NCBI GenBank assembly: GCA_963828165.1
Contig: CAWHDR010000001.1
Coordinates: forward strand, 2,208,001 to 2,272,000
DNA: 64,000 bases
Direction: 5' to 3'
Origin: an uncultured Chloroflexia bacterium
GTDB taxonomy: Bacteria > Chloroflexota > Limnocylindria > Limnocylindrales > CSP1-4
Shown here: positions 9,870-20,123 of the stretch, one piece after another
Layout of the letters: each line of letters begins with the position of its first letter
Position numbering within the stretch: position 1 is the stretch's first letter
The notes under the pieces: model-generated
What the model was told of the DNA's origin: nothing
Database searches by the model: none
The model's input: only the letters and a program-made list of their open reading frames with translations
Program-made: the position numbers and the translations under genes

Positions 9870-12236
9870 ATGGAGGGTTCCCAGACCACGCGCATGACGA
9901 CCGGCACGTCGCCCGCGAGCCCCATCGTCGTCCAGCCCGAGACCGTCGTCCCGGGGATGGCGCGCCCGGCCGCGCCATTGCGCCGCGAGGGGCCGGCCAA
10001 GCTCACCGGCACGGCCCTGTACACGGACGACATCGTCGTCCCCGGGGCGTGGTACGGCACCACGATCCGCTCGACCGACGCCCACGCCACGTTCGATGCG
10101 CTCGAACTCGATCCTGGCTTCGACTGGTCGAAGGTGGTCGTCGTGACCGCGGCCGACATCCCGGGCGAGAACATCGTCAGCTCGATCAAGAGCGACCAGC
10201 CGATCCTCGTCCCGCTCGGCGGCGAGATCCAGCACCACGCGGAGCCGCTCGCCCTCCTGGCCGCGCCCGACAAGGCGACCCTGCGCGAAGCGCGACGCCG
10301 GGCGCTGCCGCGGACGACGAAGCTGCCGGGCGTGTTCGACCCGCTCGAGTCGGACCATACATTCGCCCAGTACACGATCGAAGCCGGTACCGACGTCGAG
10401 GCCGCGCTGGCAAGCGCCGACGTCGTCCTCGAAAGCGAGTACCGCGTCGGTCACCAGGAACAGCTCTACATCGAGAACAACGCGATGATCGCCGTACCCA
10501 CCGACGGCGGCGGCGTCACCGTCACGGGCTCGCTCCAGTGCCCGTACTACCTGCACGCAGCGTTGAAGCGCGGGCTGGGCCTCGACGATCAAGCCGCCCG
10601 CGTCGTCCAGGCCGAGACCGGCGGCGGGTTCGGAGGCAAGGAGGAATTTCCCTCGGTCATCGGGCTGCACGCAGCGCTCCTCGCGCGCAAGGCCCAGAAG
10701 CCGGTGCGGATGATCTACGAGCGCCACGAGGACATCGCCGCCACGACCAAGCGCCACCCGGCGATCGTCCGTCACCGGACGGGCGTCACCCGCGATGGCC
10801 GGCTCGTGGCCCAGGACATCGAGGTCATCATGGACGGCGGCGCGTACTGCACGCTGACCCCGGTCGTGCTCTCGCGCGGTGCGCTGCACAGCGGCGGGCC
10901 GTACCGCTGCCCGAACGTCCGCATCCGTGCCCGCGCGACCCGGACGAACACGCCGCCCAACGGCGCGTTCCGCGGATTCGGCGCTCCGCAGACCGAGTTC
11001 GCCGCCGAAACGCACCTCAACCGGATCGCCGAGCAGTTGGGCATCTCGCCGCTCGAGATCAGGCGGCGGAACGTCTACCAGCCCGGCGACACGACCCCGA
11101 CCGGGCAGATCCTGCGGGACAGCGTGGCGGGCGAAGAGGTCCTGGAGCGTGCGGCCGAGGCCGCCGAGTTCACCCGGCTGCGGGCGAAGACCGAGGACGC
11201 GCGGCGGGCGCGCGCGGGCTCCGGTTCGACCCCTGGGTCACCGCTCCGCACGGGCCGCGATCGCACGGCCAGCGGCATCGGCCTCGCCCTCGCGTGGCAC
11301 GGTGCCGGGTTCACGGGCTCGGGCGAGATCAAGCTCGCCAGCGTGGCCTCGCTGGAACTCACGGCCGAGGGCCGTGTCGTCGTCCTGACCGCCTCGACCG
11401 AAATGGGGCAGGGGACCAAGACGATCTTCCCGCAGCTCGTCGGCGACGCGCTTGGGATCCCGGACGAGGACGTCGAGCTCGCGCCGCAGGACACGGCCGT
11501 CGTGCCGGACAGCGGTCCCACGGTCGCATCGCGGACGGCGATGGTCGTAGGCGGCCTGCTCATCAAGGCGGCGCGGACGCTGCGCGAGAAGGTCGAGCAG
11601 GAAACCGGAGCACCCTTTGTGGACTCGTACGTCGCCTACGCCCGCGACCACGGCGCGACCCGCATCGACCAGCGGTTCGAGCCCTACCCGGACAGCGTCA
11701 CCTTCGATGACGACCTGTACCGCGGCGATGCCTACCCGGCATTCGGGTGGGCCGCGTGCGTCGCGGAGGTCCAGGTCGATCTCGACACCGGCGAAGTCCA
11801 CGTGCGCGACGTCGTCGCCGCCGACGACATCGGCCGGGTCATCCACCCGGTCCTCGCCGAAGGCCAGGTCGAGGGCGGCACCCTGCAGGCCGTCGGCTAC
11901 GCGACGATCGAGGAGATCAAGCTGCGAGACGGTCGCTATCTCAACGACCGCCTCGCGACGTACATCATCCCCACCGCGCTCGACGCGCCGCGCATCTCGA
12001 CGATCCTCGTGGAGGCTCCGTTCCATGCCGCTCCCCACGGCGCCAAGGGTGTCGGAGAGCTGCCGATGGACGTCGGGGCGCCGGCGGTCGTTGCCGCCAT
12101 CGCGGACGCGACCGGGATCTGGATCGGGGAGCTGCCGGCCAGCCCGGAACGGATCCTGGCCGCTCTTTCGGGCACGCCAGAAGCCGCCGGCCTGCCACCG
12201 GGTGCGTCTGCTCCCGCGCTCGAGGGACGCGCGTGA
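9870..12236 (+). CDS. Xanthine dehydrogenase family molybdopterin-binding subunit
   Basis: GGGFGGKE, AFRGFGAPQ, EMGQG, GQVEGG, AKGVGE motifs; TATCGT-N8-ATG. Confidence 0.92.
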   Translation: MEGSQTTRMTTGTSPASPIVVQPETVVPGMARPAAPLRREGPAKLTGTALYTDDIVVPGAWYGTTIRSTDAHATFDALELDPGFDWSKVVVVTAADIPGENIVSSIKSDQPILVPLGGEIQHHAEPLALLAAPDKATLREARRRALPRTTKLPGVFDPLESDHTFAQYTIEAGTDVEAALASADVVLESEYRVGHQEQLYIENNAMIAVPTDGGGVTVTGSLQCPYYLHAALKRGLGLDDQAARVVQAETGGGFGGKEEFPSVIGLHAALLARKAQKPVRMIYERHEDIAATTKRHPAIVRHRTGVTRDGRLVAQDIEVIMDGGAYCTLTPVVLSRGALHSGGPYRCPNVRIRARATRTNTPPNGAFRGFGAPQTEFAAETHLNRIAEQLGISPLEIRRRNVYQPGDTTPTGQILRDSVAGEEVLERAAEAAEFTRLRAKTEDARRARAGSGSTPGSPLRTGRDRTASGIGLALAWHGAGFTGSGEIKLASVASLELTAEGRVVVLTASTEMGQGTKTIFPQLVGDALGIPDEDVELAPQDTAVVPDSGPTVASRTAMVVGGLLIKAARTLREKVEQETGAPFVDSYVAYARDHGATRIDQRFEPYPDSVTFDDDLYRGDAYPAFGWAACVAEVQVDLDTGEVHVRDVVAADDIGRVIHPVLAEGQVEGGTLQAVGYATIEEIKLRDGRYLNDRLATYIIPTALDAPRISTILVEAPFHAAPHGAKGVGELPMDVGAPAVVAAIADATGIWIGELPASPERILAALSGTPEAAGLPPGASAPALEGRA

Positions 12237-12715
12237 CGACCTACCGCCTCACGGTCAACGGCACGCCCGCGGAGGTGGATGTCCCGGGCATGCGCCGCCT
12301 GCTGGACGTGCTCCGTGAGGATCTCTCCCTGACCGGCACGAAAGAGGGCTGCGGGGAGGGCGAGTGCGGCGCCTGCACGGTGCTGGTGGACGGCGCTCCG
12401 GTCGATTCATGCCTCGTTCCGATCTGCCAGGTCGCCGGGACCGAGGTTCGCACCGTCGAGGGCCTCGCGGCGCCGGCATCGGACCCGGCCGAACCGGATG
12501 CGATGGACCCGCTCCAGGTCGCGTTCCTCCAGACCGGCGGGGCGCAGTGCGGCATCTGCACACCCGGGATGCTGATGGCCGCTCGAGCCTATCTCGAGGC
12601 CGGTGGGGGCCGGGACGAGGGCGCCATCCGCGAGGCGATCGCCGGCAATCTCTGCCGCTGCACGGGCTACACAAAGATCATCGACGCCATCGCGCTCGCC
12701 GCCGGCCCCCGATGA
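12233..12715 (+). CDS. Xanthine dehydrogenase family (2Fe-2S)-binding subunit
   Basis: GCGEGECGAC, QCGICTPG, GNLCRCTGY; GTGA overlap with upstream stop. Confidence 0.93.
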   Translation: MTTYRLTVNGTPAEVDVPGMRRLLDVLREDLSLTGTKEGCGEGECGACTVLVDGAPVDSCLVPICQVAGTEVRTVEGLAAPASDPAEPDAMDPLQVAFLQTGGAQCGICTPGMLMAARAYLEAGGGRDEGAIREAIAGNLCRCTGYTKIIDAIALAAGPR

Positions 12716-12743
12716 CCGGCCCCCGATGACCGGCCCCCGATGA
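12702..12743 (+). repeat. 14-bp tandem repeat x3 (CCGGCCCCCGATGA) at a gene junction
   Basis: Three direct copies spanning the 2Fe-2S gene stop. Confidence 0.85.
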
Positions 12744-12765
12744 CCCGGCCACGCTGAGCGCCCTC

Positions 12766-13647
12766 GTGCCGATCGAACCGCCCGTCACCAGCCCGAGCGA
12801 CCTCCACGGCGCGTATGCCGCGCTCGCCGCCGCCCCGGCGGACGCCCCCGCCCGGCCCATCGCCGGCGGCACGGACCTGATGGTCGCCCTGACCGGCGAG
12901 CTCGGCGAGCCACCGGCAAGCGTCGTCGACCTGTGGGCCATCGATGCCTTGCGCGGCATCGCGATCGATGGCGCAGCGCTCGTGCTCGGCGCCCTGACGA
13001 CGTACACGGACATCCGTCGCTCGCCGCTGTGTCGCGAGCACGTCCCGGCCCTCGTCGACGCGGCTGCGACGATCGGGGCGGCCCAGATCCAGAACCGCGG
13101 CACGCTCGGTGGCAATATCGCGAATGCCTCACCCGCCGGCGACACGCTGCCGGTCCTGCTCGCGGCGGATGCCGTGTTCGTGCTCGGGTCTGGGCGAGGC
13201 GAGCGCGACGTCCCGGCGGCCGACTTCTGGACGGCCTACCGGCGCACCGCGCTCGCCCCCGACGAGCTGGTGCTGCGCGTGCGGATCCCGCTCGCGACCG
13301 ATCGCGAGATGCGGTTCCGCAAGATCGGGACGCGCCGGGCGCAATCGATCAGCAAGGTCGTCCTGGCGGCGGCCTGGCGGTCGGACGCGGTCGCGGTCGT
13401 GCCCCGCGGCGCGTGGCGCGATGTCCGGGTCGCCCTCGGGTCCGTGGCCGCCACCCCGATCCGAGCCCGCGCGACGGAAGCCGTGCTCGAGGGCCGAGCC
13501 CCGACCCCGGAAACGGCAGACCTCGCGGCGGAGACCCTGGCCGGCGAGCTGTCGCCGATCGAAGATGTCCGTTCGACCGCCGAGTACCGCCGGCTCGTGG
13601 CGGCTCGCGTGCTCCATCGAATCGTTCGCGAGGCCGGCGGCTGGTGA
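12766..13647 (+). CDS. Xanthine dehydrogenase family FAD-binding subunit
   Basis: IAGGTDLMV, QIQNRGTLGGNIANASPAGD, DVRSTAEYR. Confidence 0.92.
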   Translation: MPIEPPVTSPSDLHGAYAALAAAPADAPARPIAGGTDLMVALTGELGEPPASVVDLWAIDALRGIAIDGAALVLGALTTYTDIRRSPLCREHVPALVDAAATIGAAQIQNRGTLGGNIANASPAGDTLPVLLAADAVFVLGSGRGERDVPAADFWTAYRRTALAPDELVLRVRIPLATDREMRFRKIGTRRAQSISKVVLAAAWRSDAVAVVPRGAWRDVRVALGSVAATPIRARATEAVLEGRAPTPETADLAAETLAGELSPIEDVRSTAEYRRLVAARVLHRIVREAGGW

Positions 13648-14123
13648 CCGGTCCCGGCGCGGACCCGGCGACCATCGCCGCGCTGTTCGAAGGGGCGCCG
13701 CGGTTCCTGGCGCGGCTGGAGGCTGCCGGGCCGTTCGCGGACGACGCCGAGCGCTTCGCGAAGGCGCGCGCCATCGCCCACGCGATGCCGGAAGCCGAGC
13801 AGATCGAGCTCATCGACGCGCACCCGCGGCTCGGCGCGCCGCCCGGCACCGTGTCGGCGATGAGCTATCGGGAGCAGGGGTACGACCGGGGAGCTGGCAC
13901 GCCCGTGGACGTCGCGGCCGAGCTCGAGCGGCTCAACGATGCGTACGAGGCCAGCCACGGGTTCCGTTACTGCGTCTTCGTCGCGGGTCGTTCTCGCGAG
14001 GAGCTGCTCCCCGGGTTCACCGCCGCGCTCGACGCGGACCGTGCCGCCGAGATCCATCGAGCGCTCGACGCCGTCGTCGACATCGCCATGGACCGCCATG
14101 CGAAGCTGTCGGCGTCCACATGA
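13644..14123 (+). CDS. uraD: OHCU decarboxylase
   Basis: AHPRLG, SYREQG, LNDAYEASHGFRYCVFVAG; immediately upstream of uricase. Confidence 0.85.
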   Translation: MTGPGADPATIAALFEGAPRFLARLEAAGPFADDAERFAKARAIAHAMPEAEQIELIDAHPRLGAPPGTVSAMSYREQGYDRGAGTPVDVAAELERLNDAYEASHGFRYCVFVAGRSREELLPGFTAALDADRAAEIHRALDAVVDIAMDRHAKLSAST

Positions 14124-14968
14124 TCGAGCTCGCCGCCAACCGCTACGGCAAGGCCGCCATCCGCATCGTCCGGGTGGGCCGTGACACGACGCCCCATGCC
14201 CTGCGCGACGTGACCGTGGCCATCGCGCTGGAGGGCGACTTCGCGGCCGCGCACACGGACGGCGACAACTCCCTGGTCGTGGCCACGGACACGATGAAGA
14301 ACACCGCGTACGCGTTCGCCGCCGAGCACCTGGCGGGCCCCATCGAGACCTATGCGACCGAGCTCGGCCGGCACTTCCTCGAGGAGGACCAGGTGGACCG
14401 GGCGATCGTGAACGTCCGCGAGCACGCCTGGCAGCCGATCGACGTCGCCGGCGCCCCGGCGCCCGACGCCTTCGTCCGGAGCGGTGAGGGCACCCGGGTG
14501 GCGACGGTGGCGGTCGGCCGGGACGAGGTCGTCGTCGAGGCCGGCGTCGAGGACCTGGTCGTCATGAAGACCACGCGTTCGGCCTTCAGCGGCTTCCCGC
14601 GCGACCGCTACACGACCCTCGCCGAGACCGAGGACCGCCTCATGGCGACGAAGGTCACCGCGATCTGGCGGTACGGCGCCCCCGGCCTCGATTTCGACGC
14701 CGTCTGGTCGGCCGCCCGGGCCACGCTCCTCGAGGTCTTCGCGGACCACGACAGCCCGAGCGTCCAGACGTCGATCTGGATCATGGCCAAGGCGATGCTG
14801 GAACGGCACCAGGAACTCGACGAGGTGCGCATGGTGCTCCCGAATCTGCATCACTGGACCATCGACCTGGCCGGCTTCGGCGTGGAGAACGACCGGCAGG
14901 TCTACATCTCCACGACGGAACCCCACGGCCTCATCGAGGCGACGGTCCGCCGCAGCCAGGTGTCCTGA
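14120..14968 (+). CDS. pucL: Urate oxidase (uricase)
   Basis: [33 protein letters not shown] uricase signatures. Confidence 0.93.
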   Translation: MIELAANRYGKAAIRIVRVGRDTTPHALRDVTVAIALEGDFAAAHTDGDNSLVVATDTMKNTAYAFAAEHLAGPIETYATELGRHFLEEDQVDRAIVNVREHAWQPIDVAGAPAPDAFVRSGEGTRVATVAVGRDEVVVEAGVEDLVVMKTTRSAFSGFPRDRYTTLAETEDRLMATKVTAIWRYGAPGLDFDAVWSAARATLLEVFADHDSPSVQTSIWIMAKAMLERHQELDEVRMVLPNLHHWTIDLAGFGVENDRQVYISTTEPHGLIEATVRRSQVS

Positions 14969-16545
14969 TGCGAGGGAAGGCAACGCCGACGGTGGCCCCG
15001 GCCGGCGTCGCGGTCACGGGTCCGCCGGTGCCGGGCTCCGAGCGCGTCCTGACGACGGAGGCGCTTGCGTTCATCGCGGATCTCCAGCGGAGGTTCGGGC
15101 CGTTGCGGCTGGACCTGCTGCATCGCCGGCACGAGCGGCAGGCGGCCCTGGATTCCGGGCAGCGGCTCGACTTCCTGGCGTCCACGCACGAGATCCGTGA
15201 GGCGGCCTGGACCGTGGCCCCGGCACCGGCCGACTTCGACGACCGGCGCGTCGAGATCACCGGACCGGCCGAGCCCAAGATGATGATCAACGCGCTGAAC
15301 TCCGGGGCGCGCGTGTTCATGGCCGACCTCGAGGATGCGCTGTCGCCGACGTGGGCGAACGTCGTGGGCGGGCAGGCTGCGCTCGTGGACGCCGTCCGCG
15401 GCACGCTCGCCTTTGACTCGCCCGAGGGCAAGACGTATCGGCTGGGCGAGCGGGTGGCCCAGCTCGTCGTGCGGCCACGCGGCTGGCACCTCGTCGAGTC
15501 GCACGTGATGGTCGACGACGCCCCGGTCTCGGCCGCGCTGTTCGATGCTGGGCTGTACCTGTTCCACAACGCCGCCGAGCGGGTCGCTCGCGGTTCGGGG
15601 CCCTACCTCTACCTGCCGAAGCTCGAGTCGCACCATGAGGCGCGGCTCTGGAACGAGGTCTTCATCCACGCCCAGGCCGAGCTCGGCGTGCCGCGCGGCA
15701 GCGTACGGGCGACGGTCCTGATCGAGACCATCACAGCGGCATTCGAGATGGACGAGATCCTGTACGAGCTGCGCGAGCATGCGGCCGGGTTGAATGCCGG
15801 CCGCTGGGACTACCTGTTCAGTGCGATCAAGCGACTGCGCAACTCGCCCGACCTGACGACGCCCGACCGCTCGCAGCTGACGATGACCGTGCCATTCATG
15901 CGCGCCTATACCGAGCTGCTCGTGCAGACGTGCCACAAGCGTGGGGCGCACGCGATCGGCGGCATGGCCGCGTTCATCCCGAACCGTCGAGACCCCGAGG
16001 TCACGGAGAAGGCGCTCGCCAAGGTCCGCGAAGACAAGGAGCGCGAGAGCCGCGATGGGTTCGACGGGACATGGGTCGCGCACCCGGACCTCGTGCCCGT
16101 CGCGTTGGAGGTCTTCGATGCGGTCCTTGGCTCCGGGCCGAACCAGAAGGACCGGCTGCGTGATGAGGTCTCGGTCACGGCGGAGGAGCTGCTCGACCTG
16201 ACCGTCGGGGGCGGCAGCGTCACCGAAGCCGGGGTCCGCGCCAACATCCGGGTGGCCCTCGCCTACCTCGACGCGTGGCTGGGTGGCACCGGGGCCGCGG
16301 CCATCGACAACCTCATGGAGGACGCCGCGACCGCCGAGATCGCGCGCTCGCAACTCTGGCTTTGGCGCACACGCGACCTGCTCCCGGTCGATCAGTACGC
16401 GACGATCCGCGACGAGGAGCTCGCTCGACTGGGTGGCGCGAAAGAAGGCCGCCTCAAGGACGCCTGGGACGTCCTCGACCACCTCGTCCTCGACGACGAA
16501 TTCGCCGAGTTCCTGACCCTGCGCGCTTACCCACTGCTGGGCTGA
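14968..16545 (+). CDS. aceB: Malate synthase A
   Basis: [45 protein letters not shown]. Confidence 0.95.
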   Translation: MRGKATPTVAPAGVAVTGPPVPGSERVLTTEALAFIADLQRRFGPLRLDLLHRRHERQAALDSGQRLDFLASTHEIREAAWTVAPAPADFDDRRVEITGPAEPKMMINALNSGARVFMADLEDALSPTWANVVGGQAALVDAVRGTLAFDSPEGKTYRLGERVAQLVVRPRGWHLVESHVMVDDAPVSAALFDAGLYLFHNAAERVARGSGPYLYLPKLESHHEARLWNEVFIHAQAELGVPRGSVRATVLIETITAAFEMDEILYELREHAAGLNAGRWDYLFSAIKRLRNSPDLTTPDRSQLTMTVPFMRAYTELLVQTCHKRGAHAIGGMAAFIPNRRDPEVTEKALAKVREDKERESRDGFDGTWVAHPDLVPVALEVFDAVLGSGPNQKDRLRDEVSVTAEELLDLTVGGGSVTEAGVRANIRVALAYLDAWLGGTGAAAIDNLMEDAATAEIARSQLWLWRTRDLLPVDQYATIRDEELARLGGAKEGRLKDAWDVLDHLVLDDEFAEFLTLRAYPLLG

Positions 16546-16570
16546 GCGCGGTAGCGCCTAGGATGACCCG

Positions 16571-17659
16571 ATGACGACCACCCGCGAGCCCACGGCATGG
16601 CGGCTCGGCTACCGGCCTGGGCTCGATGGACTGCGTGGCGTCGCCGTCATCCTCGTCGTCCTGGCGCACGAGGCGCTGCTCCGGAACGGGGGCGCGGTCG
16701 GCGTCAACGTCTTCTTCGTGCTCTCGGGGTTCCTCATCACGTCACTGCTCCTGGTGGAGGCACGCGACGCCGGGCGCATCGACCTGGTCGCGTTCTACCG
16801 CCGGCGAGCGGCTCGTCTGCTGCCGGCGCTGTTCGCGGTCTCTCTGGTGGTCGGCATCCACCTCGTGATCACCGATCAGCCGGAGCGCCTGCTGCCCGAC
16901 GTCGGTGGGGCCTTGTCCTACGTCGGGAACTGGTTGCAGATCGCCGGCGTGAAGATGGTCCTCACGTCGCACACGTGGTCCCTCGCGGTCGAGGAGCAGT
17001 TCTACCTGGTGTGGCCGCTCGTCATGATCGGGCTCGTCCGCATCCCCCGCGCGGGCTGGATCGTCGGGGCGTTGCTCGTGGCGTCGGTGATCTGGCGGAT
17101 CGCGCTGGTCGAGGTGTTCGACGCCTCCGGTGCGCGGGCTACCCGCGGACTCGACAGCGCCGCAGCCGCACTGCTGGCCGGCTGCGCCCTGGCCTATGTG
17201 GTCAGGGCCCGGCCGACCCTGTCGACAGGTCCGATCGGGCTCGTGCTCGGCGCGGGACTGATCGGCCTCGTGGTCGCCATGCTCGCCCTCAACCTCGGCT
17301 CAGCGTGGAACCTCGAGCTGACCGCGCTCGGCACGGTCCTGATCATCTCGTCTGTCCAGGCGACCAGTGGCGGCGTGCTGGCCTTCCCCCCGCTCGTCTA
17401 CATCGGCCGGATCAGCTACGGCATCTATCTGTGGCATTTCCCGATCATCGCCTGGCTGGAAGCGCCCGTGATCGTCGAGCTCGCCGTCATCCTCGGCGTC
17501 TCGATGCTGTCATTCCACCTCCTCGAGGCACCGTTCCTGCGGCGCTTCGGCAGACGTGCCGACAAGCCTGTCCCGGTCGCCGCTCCGGACGGCCGGCCGC
17601 TCCTCGCGGAACCCTCGATATCGCCTGCGCCGCACGGTGCTGGGGACGCTACGCGCTAG
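16571..17659 (+). CDS. Acyltransferase family 3 (OafA-like) membrane protein
   Basis: LDGLRGVA, FFVLSGFLIT, HTWSLAVEEQFY, GRISYGIYLWH. Confidence 0.92.
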   Translation: MTTTREPTAWRLGYRPGLDGLRGVAVILVVLAHEALLRNGGAVGVNVFFVLSGFLITSLLLVEARDAGRIDLVAFYRRRAARLLPALFAVSLVVGIHLVITDQPERLLPDVGGALSYVGNWLQIAGVKMVLTSHTWSLAVEEQFYLVWPLVMIGLVRIPRAGWIVGALLVASVIWRIALVEVFDASGARATRGLDSAAAALLAGCALAYVVRARPTLSTGPIGLVLGAGLIGLVVAMLALNLGSAWNLELTALGTVLIISSVQATSGGVLAFPPLVYIGRISYGIYLWHFPIIAWLEAPVIVELAVILGVSMLSFHLLEAPFLRRFGRRADKPVPVAAPDGRPLLAEPSISPAPHGAGDATR

Positions 17660-17674
17660 GTCGCCTGGCCGGCC

Positions 17675-19078
17675 CTATCCGGTGACGGGGCCCCGCTCGA
17701 GGAACTGCCCCGCGCCGCGGCGGCCGACGAACTGACCCGCTCGGATGACGTCCGCACCGCGGACGATCACGTCGCGGACGGCGCCACGCACGTCCAGGCC
17801 CTCGTACGGGGTGTAGTCGCTCGTGTGGTGGAGATCGGTCGCGCGGAGCGTCCGCGTCGCCTTCGGGTCGAAGAGCACGAGATCGGCATCGCGGCCCACC
17901 TCGATCGCGCCCTTGCGAGCGAGGCCGAACCGAGCGGCCGGGGTGGTCGCGAGCACGTCGACCATGCGCTCGATCGTCAGTCGACCGCGGGCCACGCCTT
18001 CGCTGTAGATGAGCGCGAGCAGCGTCTCGATGCCTGGTGCTCCATTGCTGATCTGGTCGAACGAGATGCCCTTCGCGGCCTCGGCCTTCTCGACGCCGAC
18101 ACGGTCGGCGACGTGGTCCGTGGCGACCAGGTCGAGCGACCCGTCGGCGAGCCCATCCCACAGCGCGTCCCGATCGGCGGCGGAGCGCAGCGGCGGCGAG
18201 ATGACGTAGCAGGCGCAGCGCGTCGGGTCGGGCTCTTCGTACTCCGCATCGGTCAGCGTGAGGTAGTGCGGACACGTCTCGGCGGTCACCCGGACGCCCG
18301 CCGCCTTCGCGCGCCGAACCTCGTCGAGCGCGGCCGCCGACGAGAGATGGACGACGTGCACGGGCGAGTCGGTGGCTCGGGCGAACGCCACGGCGCGGGC
18401 CGTCGCGACCGCCTCGACATACGCCGGTCGCGAGGTGGCGTGGTAGCGCGGTAACACGTCACCACGCTGCAGCGATGCGGCCACGGCGGCATCGAGCAGC
18501 ACCGGATCCTCGCAGTGGACCTGGAGCATGCCGCCACGCTCGCCCATCGACCGCATCGCGTCGAACAGCGCCTGGTCAGGTAGCCGGAAGTCGAAGACCA
18601 TGAAGGCCTTCGAAGTCGCGACCCCGGCGTCGATCGTGGCCGGAAGCTCGGCCAGCGGGTCGTCGGCGTGCCCCGAGATCGCGAGCGAGAGGCCGTAGTC
18701 GATCGCGCTGTCCGCGTTCGTGGCCGTGCGCCACTCCGCCAGCCCGGTTTGCAGCGATCGCTCGGCGGCCGGCGATGACCCGGTTCCAGGGTTATTGAAC
18801 GACAGGAACGACGTGGTCCCGCCATGCGCGGCGGCCACGGAATCCTGGAAGAACCGGTCTGGCTCGGCATCCGAGGCGACTCGCGTGTGGGTGTGCACGT
18901 CGACCACGCCGGGGAGGACCAGCATCCCGGTCGCATCGATCACGCGCGTCGCGCCCGCGGCCGGGCCGGCCAGGTCGGGCTCGATGGCCGTGATGACACC
19001 GGCATCCACCGCCACGTCCGCCCGCCGGGACCCGGCCGTGGTCACGACCGTCCCGCCCCGGACGATGAGATCAGTCAT
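17675..19078 (-). CDS. hydA: Dihydropyrimidinase/hydantoinase family cyclic amidohydrolase (possible allantoinase role)
   Basis: PGVVDVHTH, VHCED, ETCPHYL, SPPLR, ATDH, DYTPYEG. Confidence 0.85.
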   Translation of the reverse strand: MTDLIVRGGTVVTTAGSRRADVAVDAGVITAIEPDLAGPAAGATRVIDATGMLVLPGVVDVHTHTRVASDAEPDRFFQDSVAAAHGGTTSFLSFNNPGTGSSPAAERSLQTGLAEWRTATNADSAIDYGLSLAISGHADDPLAELPATIDAGVATSKAFMVFDFRLPDQALFDAMRSMGERGGMLQVHCEDPVLLDAAVAASLQRGDVLPRYHATSRPAYVEAVATARAVAFARATDSPVHVVHLSSAAALDEVRRAKAAGVRVTAETCPHYLTLTDAEYEEPDPTRCACYVISPPLRSAADRDALWDGLADGSLDLVATDHVADRVGVEKAEAAKGISFDQISNGAPGIETLLALIYSEGVARGRLTIERMVDVLATTPAARFGLARKGAIEVGRDADLVLFDPKATRTLRATDLHHTSDYTPYEGLDVRGAVRDVIVRGADVIRAGQFVGRRGAGQFLERGPVTG

Positions 19079-19089
19079 GGGTGGCCGGA

Positions 19090-19258
19090 TTCACCATGAA
19101 TGAACACGAGCGCGCTGAACGCGCCAGGATCCCTGTGCTATCGACTTGGCGGGCGCTCTTACGTCGACGCATTCACCACCACCGAACGTCTCCCCAGATG
19201 CTGGTCGAAACATAAGCCGGTGCTGGACTTGACCCGACATTCGTTCACTACCAGAGAA
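19090..19258. repeat. Gene-less three-box palindromic array, family 2
   Basis: TTCACCATGAATGAA (19090), TTCACCACCACCGAA (19172), TTCACTACCAGAGAA (19244); spacings 82 and 72, as at 43620/43702/43774. Confidence 0.7.
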
Positions 19259-19306
19259 TCGACCGTCGTGGGCGGCCGAGCGCCTCGCGCAGGACGCGTC
19301 TGGCGG

Positions 19307-19670
19307 TCAGTCGCCGCCTCCACCACCGCCGCCCCCGCCATCACCACCACCGCCGAAGTCTCCGCCGCCCCAGCCACCTCCACCACCGTAGTCGCCGCCT
19401 CCATGACCACCCGACCAGTCGCCACCGATGCCGTGGCCGTCACCGCCGTAGCCGTCACCGCCGTCGCCGTCACCAGCCCCACCATCGCCGCCGGAACCCC
19501 CGCCGACGGCCGACGCGCCGAAGATCCCGAGCCAAACCGCGGACCCGCGCCAGCCCGACGGGCGCTCGCCGGCGTGGGCACGGGAAGCATCCCGACGTCC
19601 GGACGCGAGTGCCAGGATCAGCACCGCCAGGACCACGGCGATGATCGCGATCGTGACTCCGTCGACGCAT
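19307..19670 (-). CDS. Small membrane protein with Gly/Asp-rich tail (probable 1-nt indel just after the ATG)
   Basis: TM segment VTIAIIAVVLAVLILA and GGGWGGGDFGGG tail; ATG 19670 overlapping the upstream TGA is one base out of frame. Confidence 0.55.
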
Positions 19671-20104
19671 CAGTCGCCCTCCTCGGTGATCCGGATCGCC
19701 TGGGCACCGTCCCAGAGACAGCGCCGGCCGACCTCGCGCAGCCGGTCCTGCCAGTCGTCGTCAGGGCTCGTCCCCACCACGGAGGCGAAGTGGTTCGCCG
19801 CCAGCGGCCCCACCTTGGACGCCGTCGAGCAGCCGCCATACGGGAAGAAGATCTCGCATTCGCTGATGCCGCCCGGGTAGATCGCGAGTTGCCCTGGTGC
19901 CGGGTGCGACGTGTGGTTCTCGTACTCAAGCCCCGGCCGGAAGTCCCCGAACGGGATCCACGTCGACTCGCCGGTCCAGCGGCAGTGGATCAGCCTGGAC
20001 TCGATGGGCAGCATCCGCCGGATGGCCTCGATGGTCTTGGGGGCCGCTGCCTCCCAACGGGCGCTAAAGTGGAGGTCGCCGACCTCGATCCGCAACGTTC
20101 CCAT
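19670..20104 (-). CDS. DUF3830-like cyclophilin-fold protein
   Basis: AAPKT, IHCRWTGES, ENHTSHPAPG, YPGGISECEI, GPLAANHF; TATCCT-N6-ATG. Confidence 0.8.
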   Translation of the reverse strand: MGTLRIEVGDLHFSARWEAAAPKTIEAIRRMLPIESRLIHCRWTGESTWIPFGDFRPGLEYENHTSHPAPGQLAIYPGGISECEIFFPYGGCSTASKVGPLAANHFASVVGTSPDDDWQDRLREVGRRCLWDGAQAIRITEEGD

Positions 20105-20123
20105 GTGCGGAGGATAGCGACCC

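Noticed and set aside
19310-19500. CCA/CCG-rich low-complexity tract
   Set aside because: Encodes the Gly-rich tail of the small minus-strand membrane protein.
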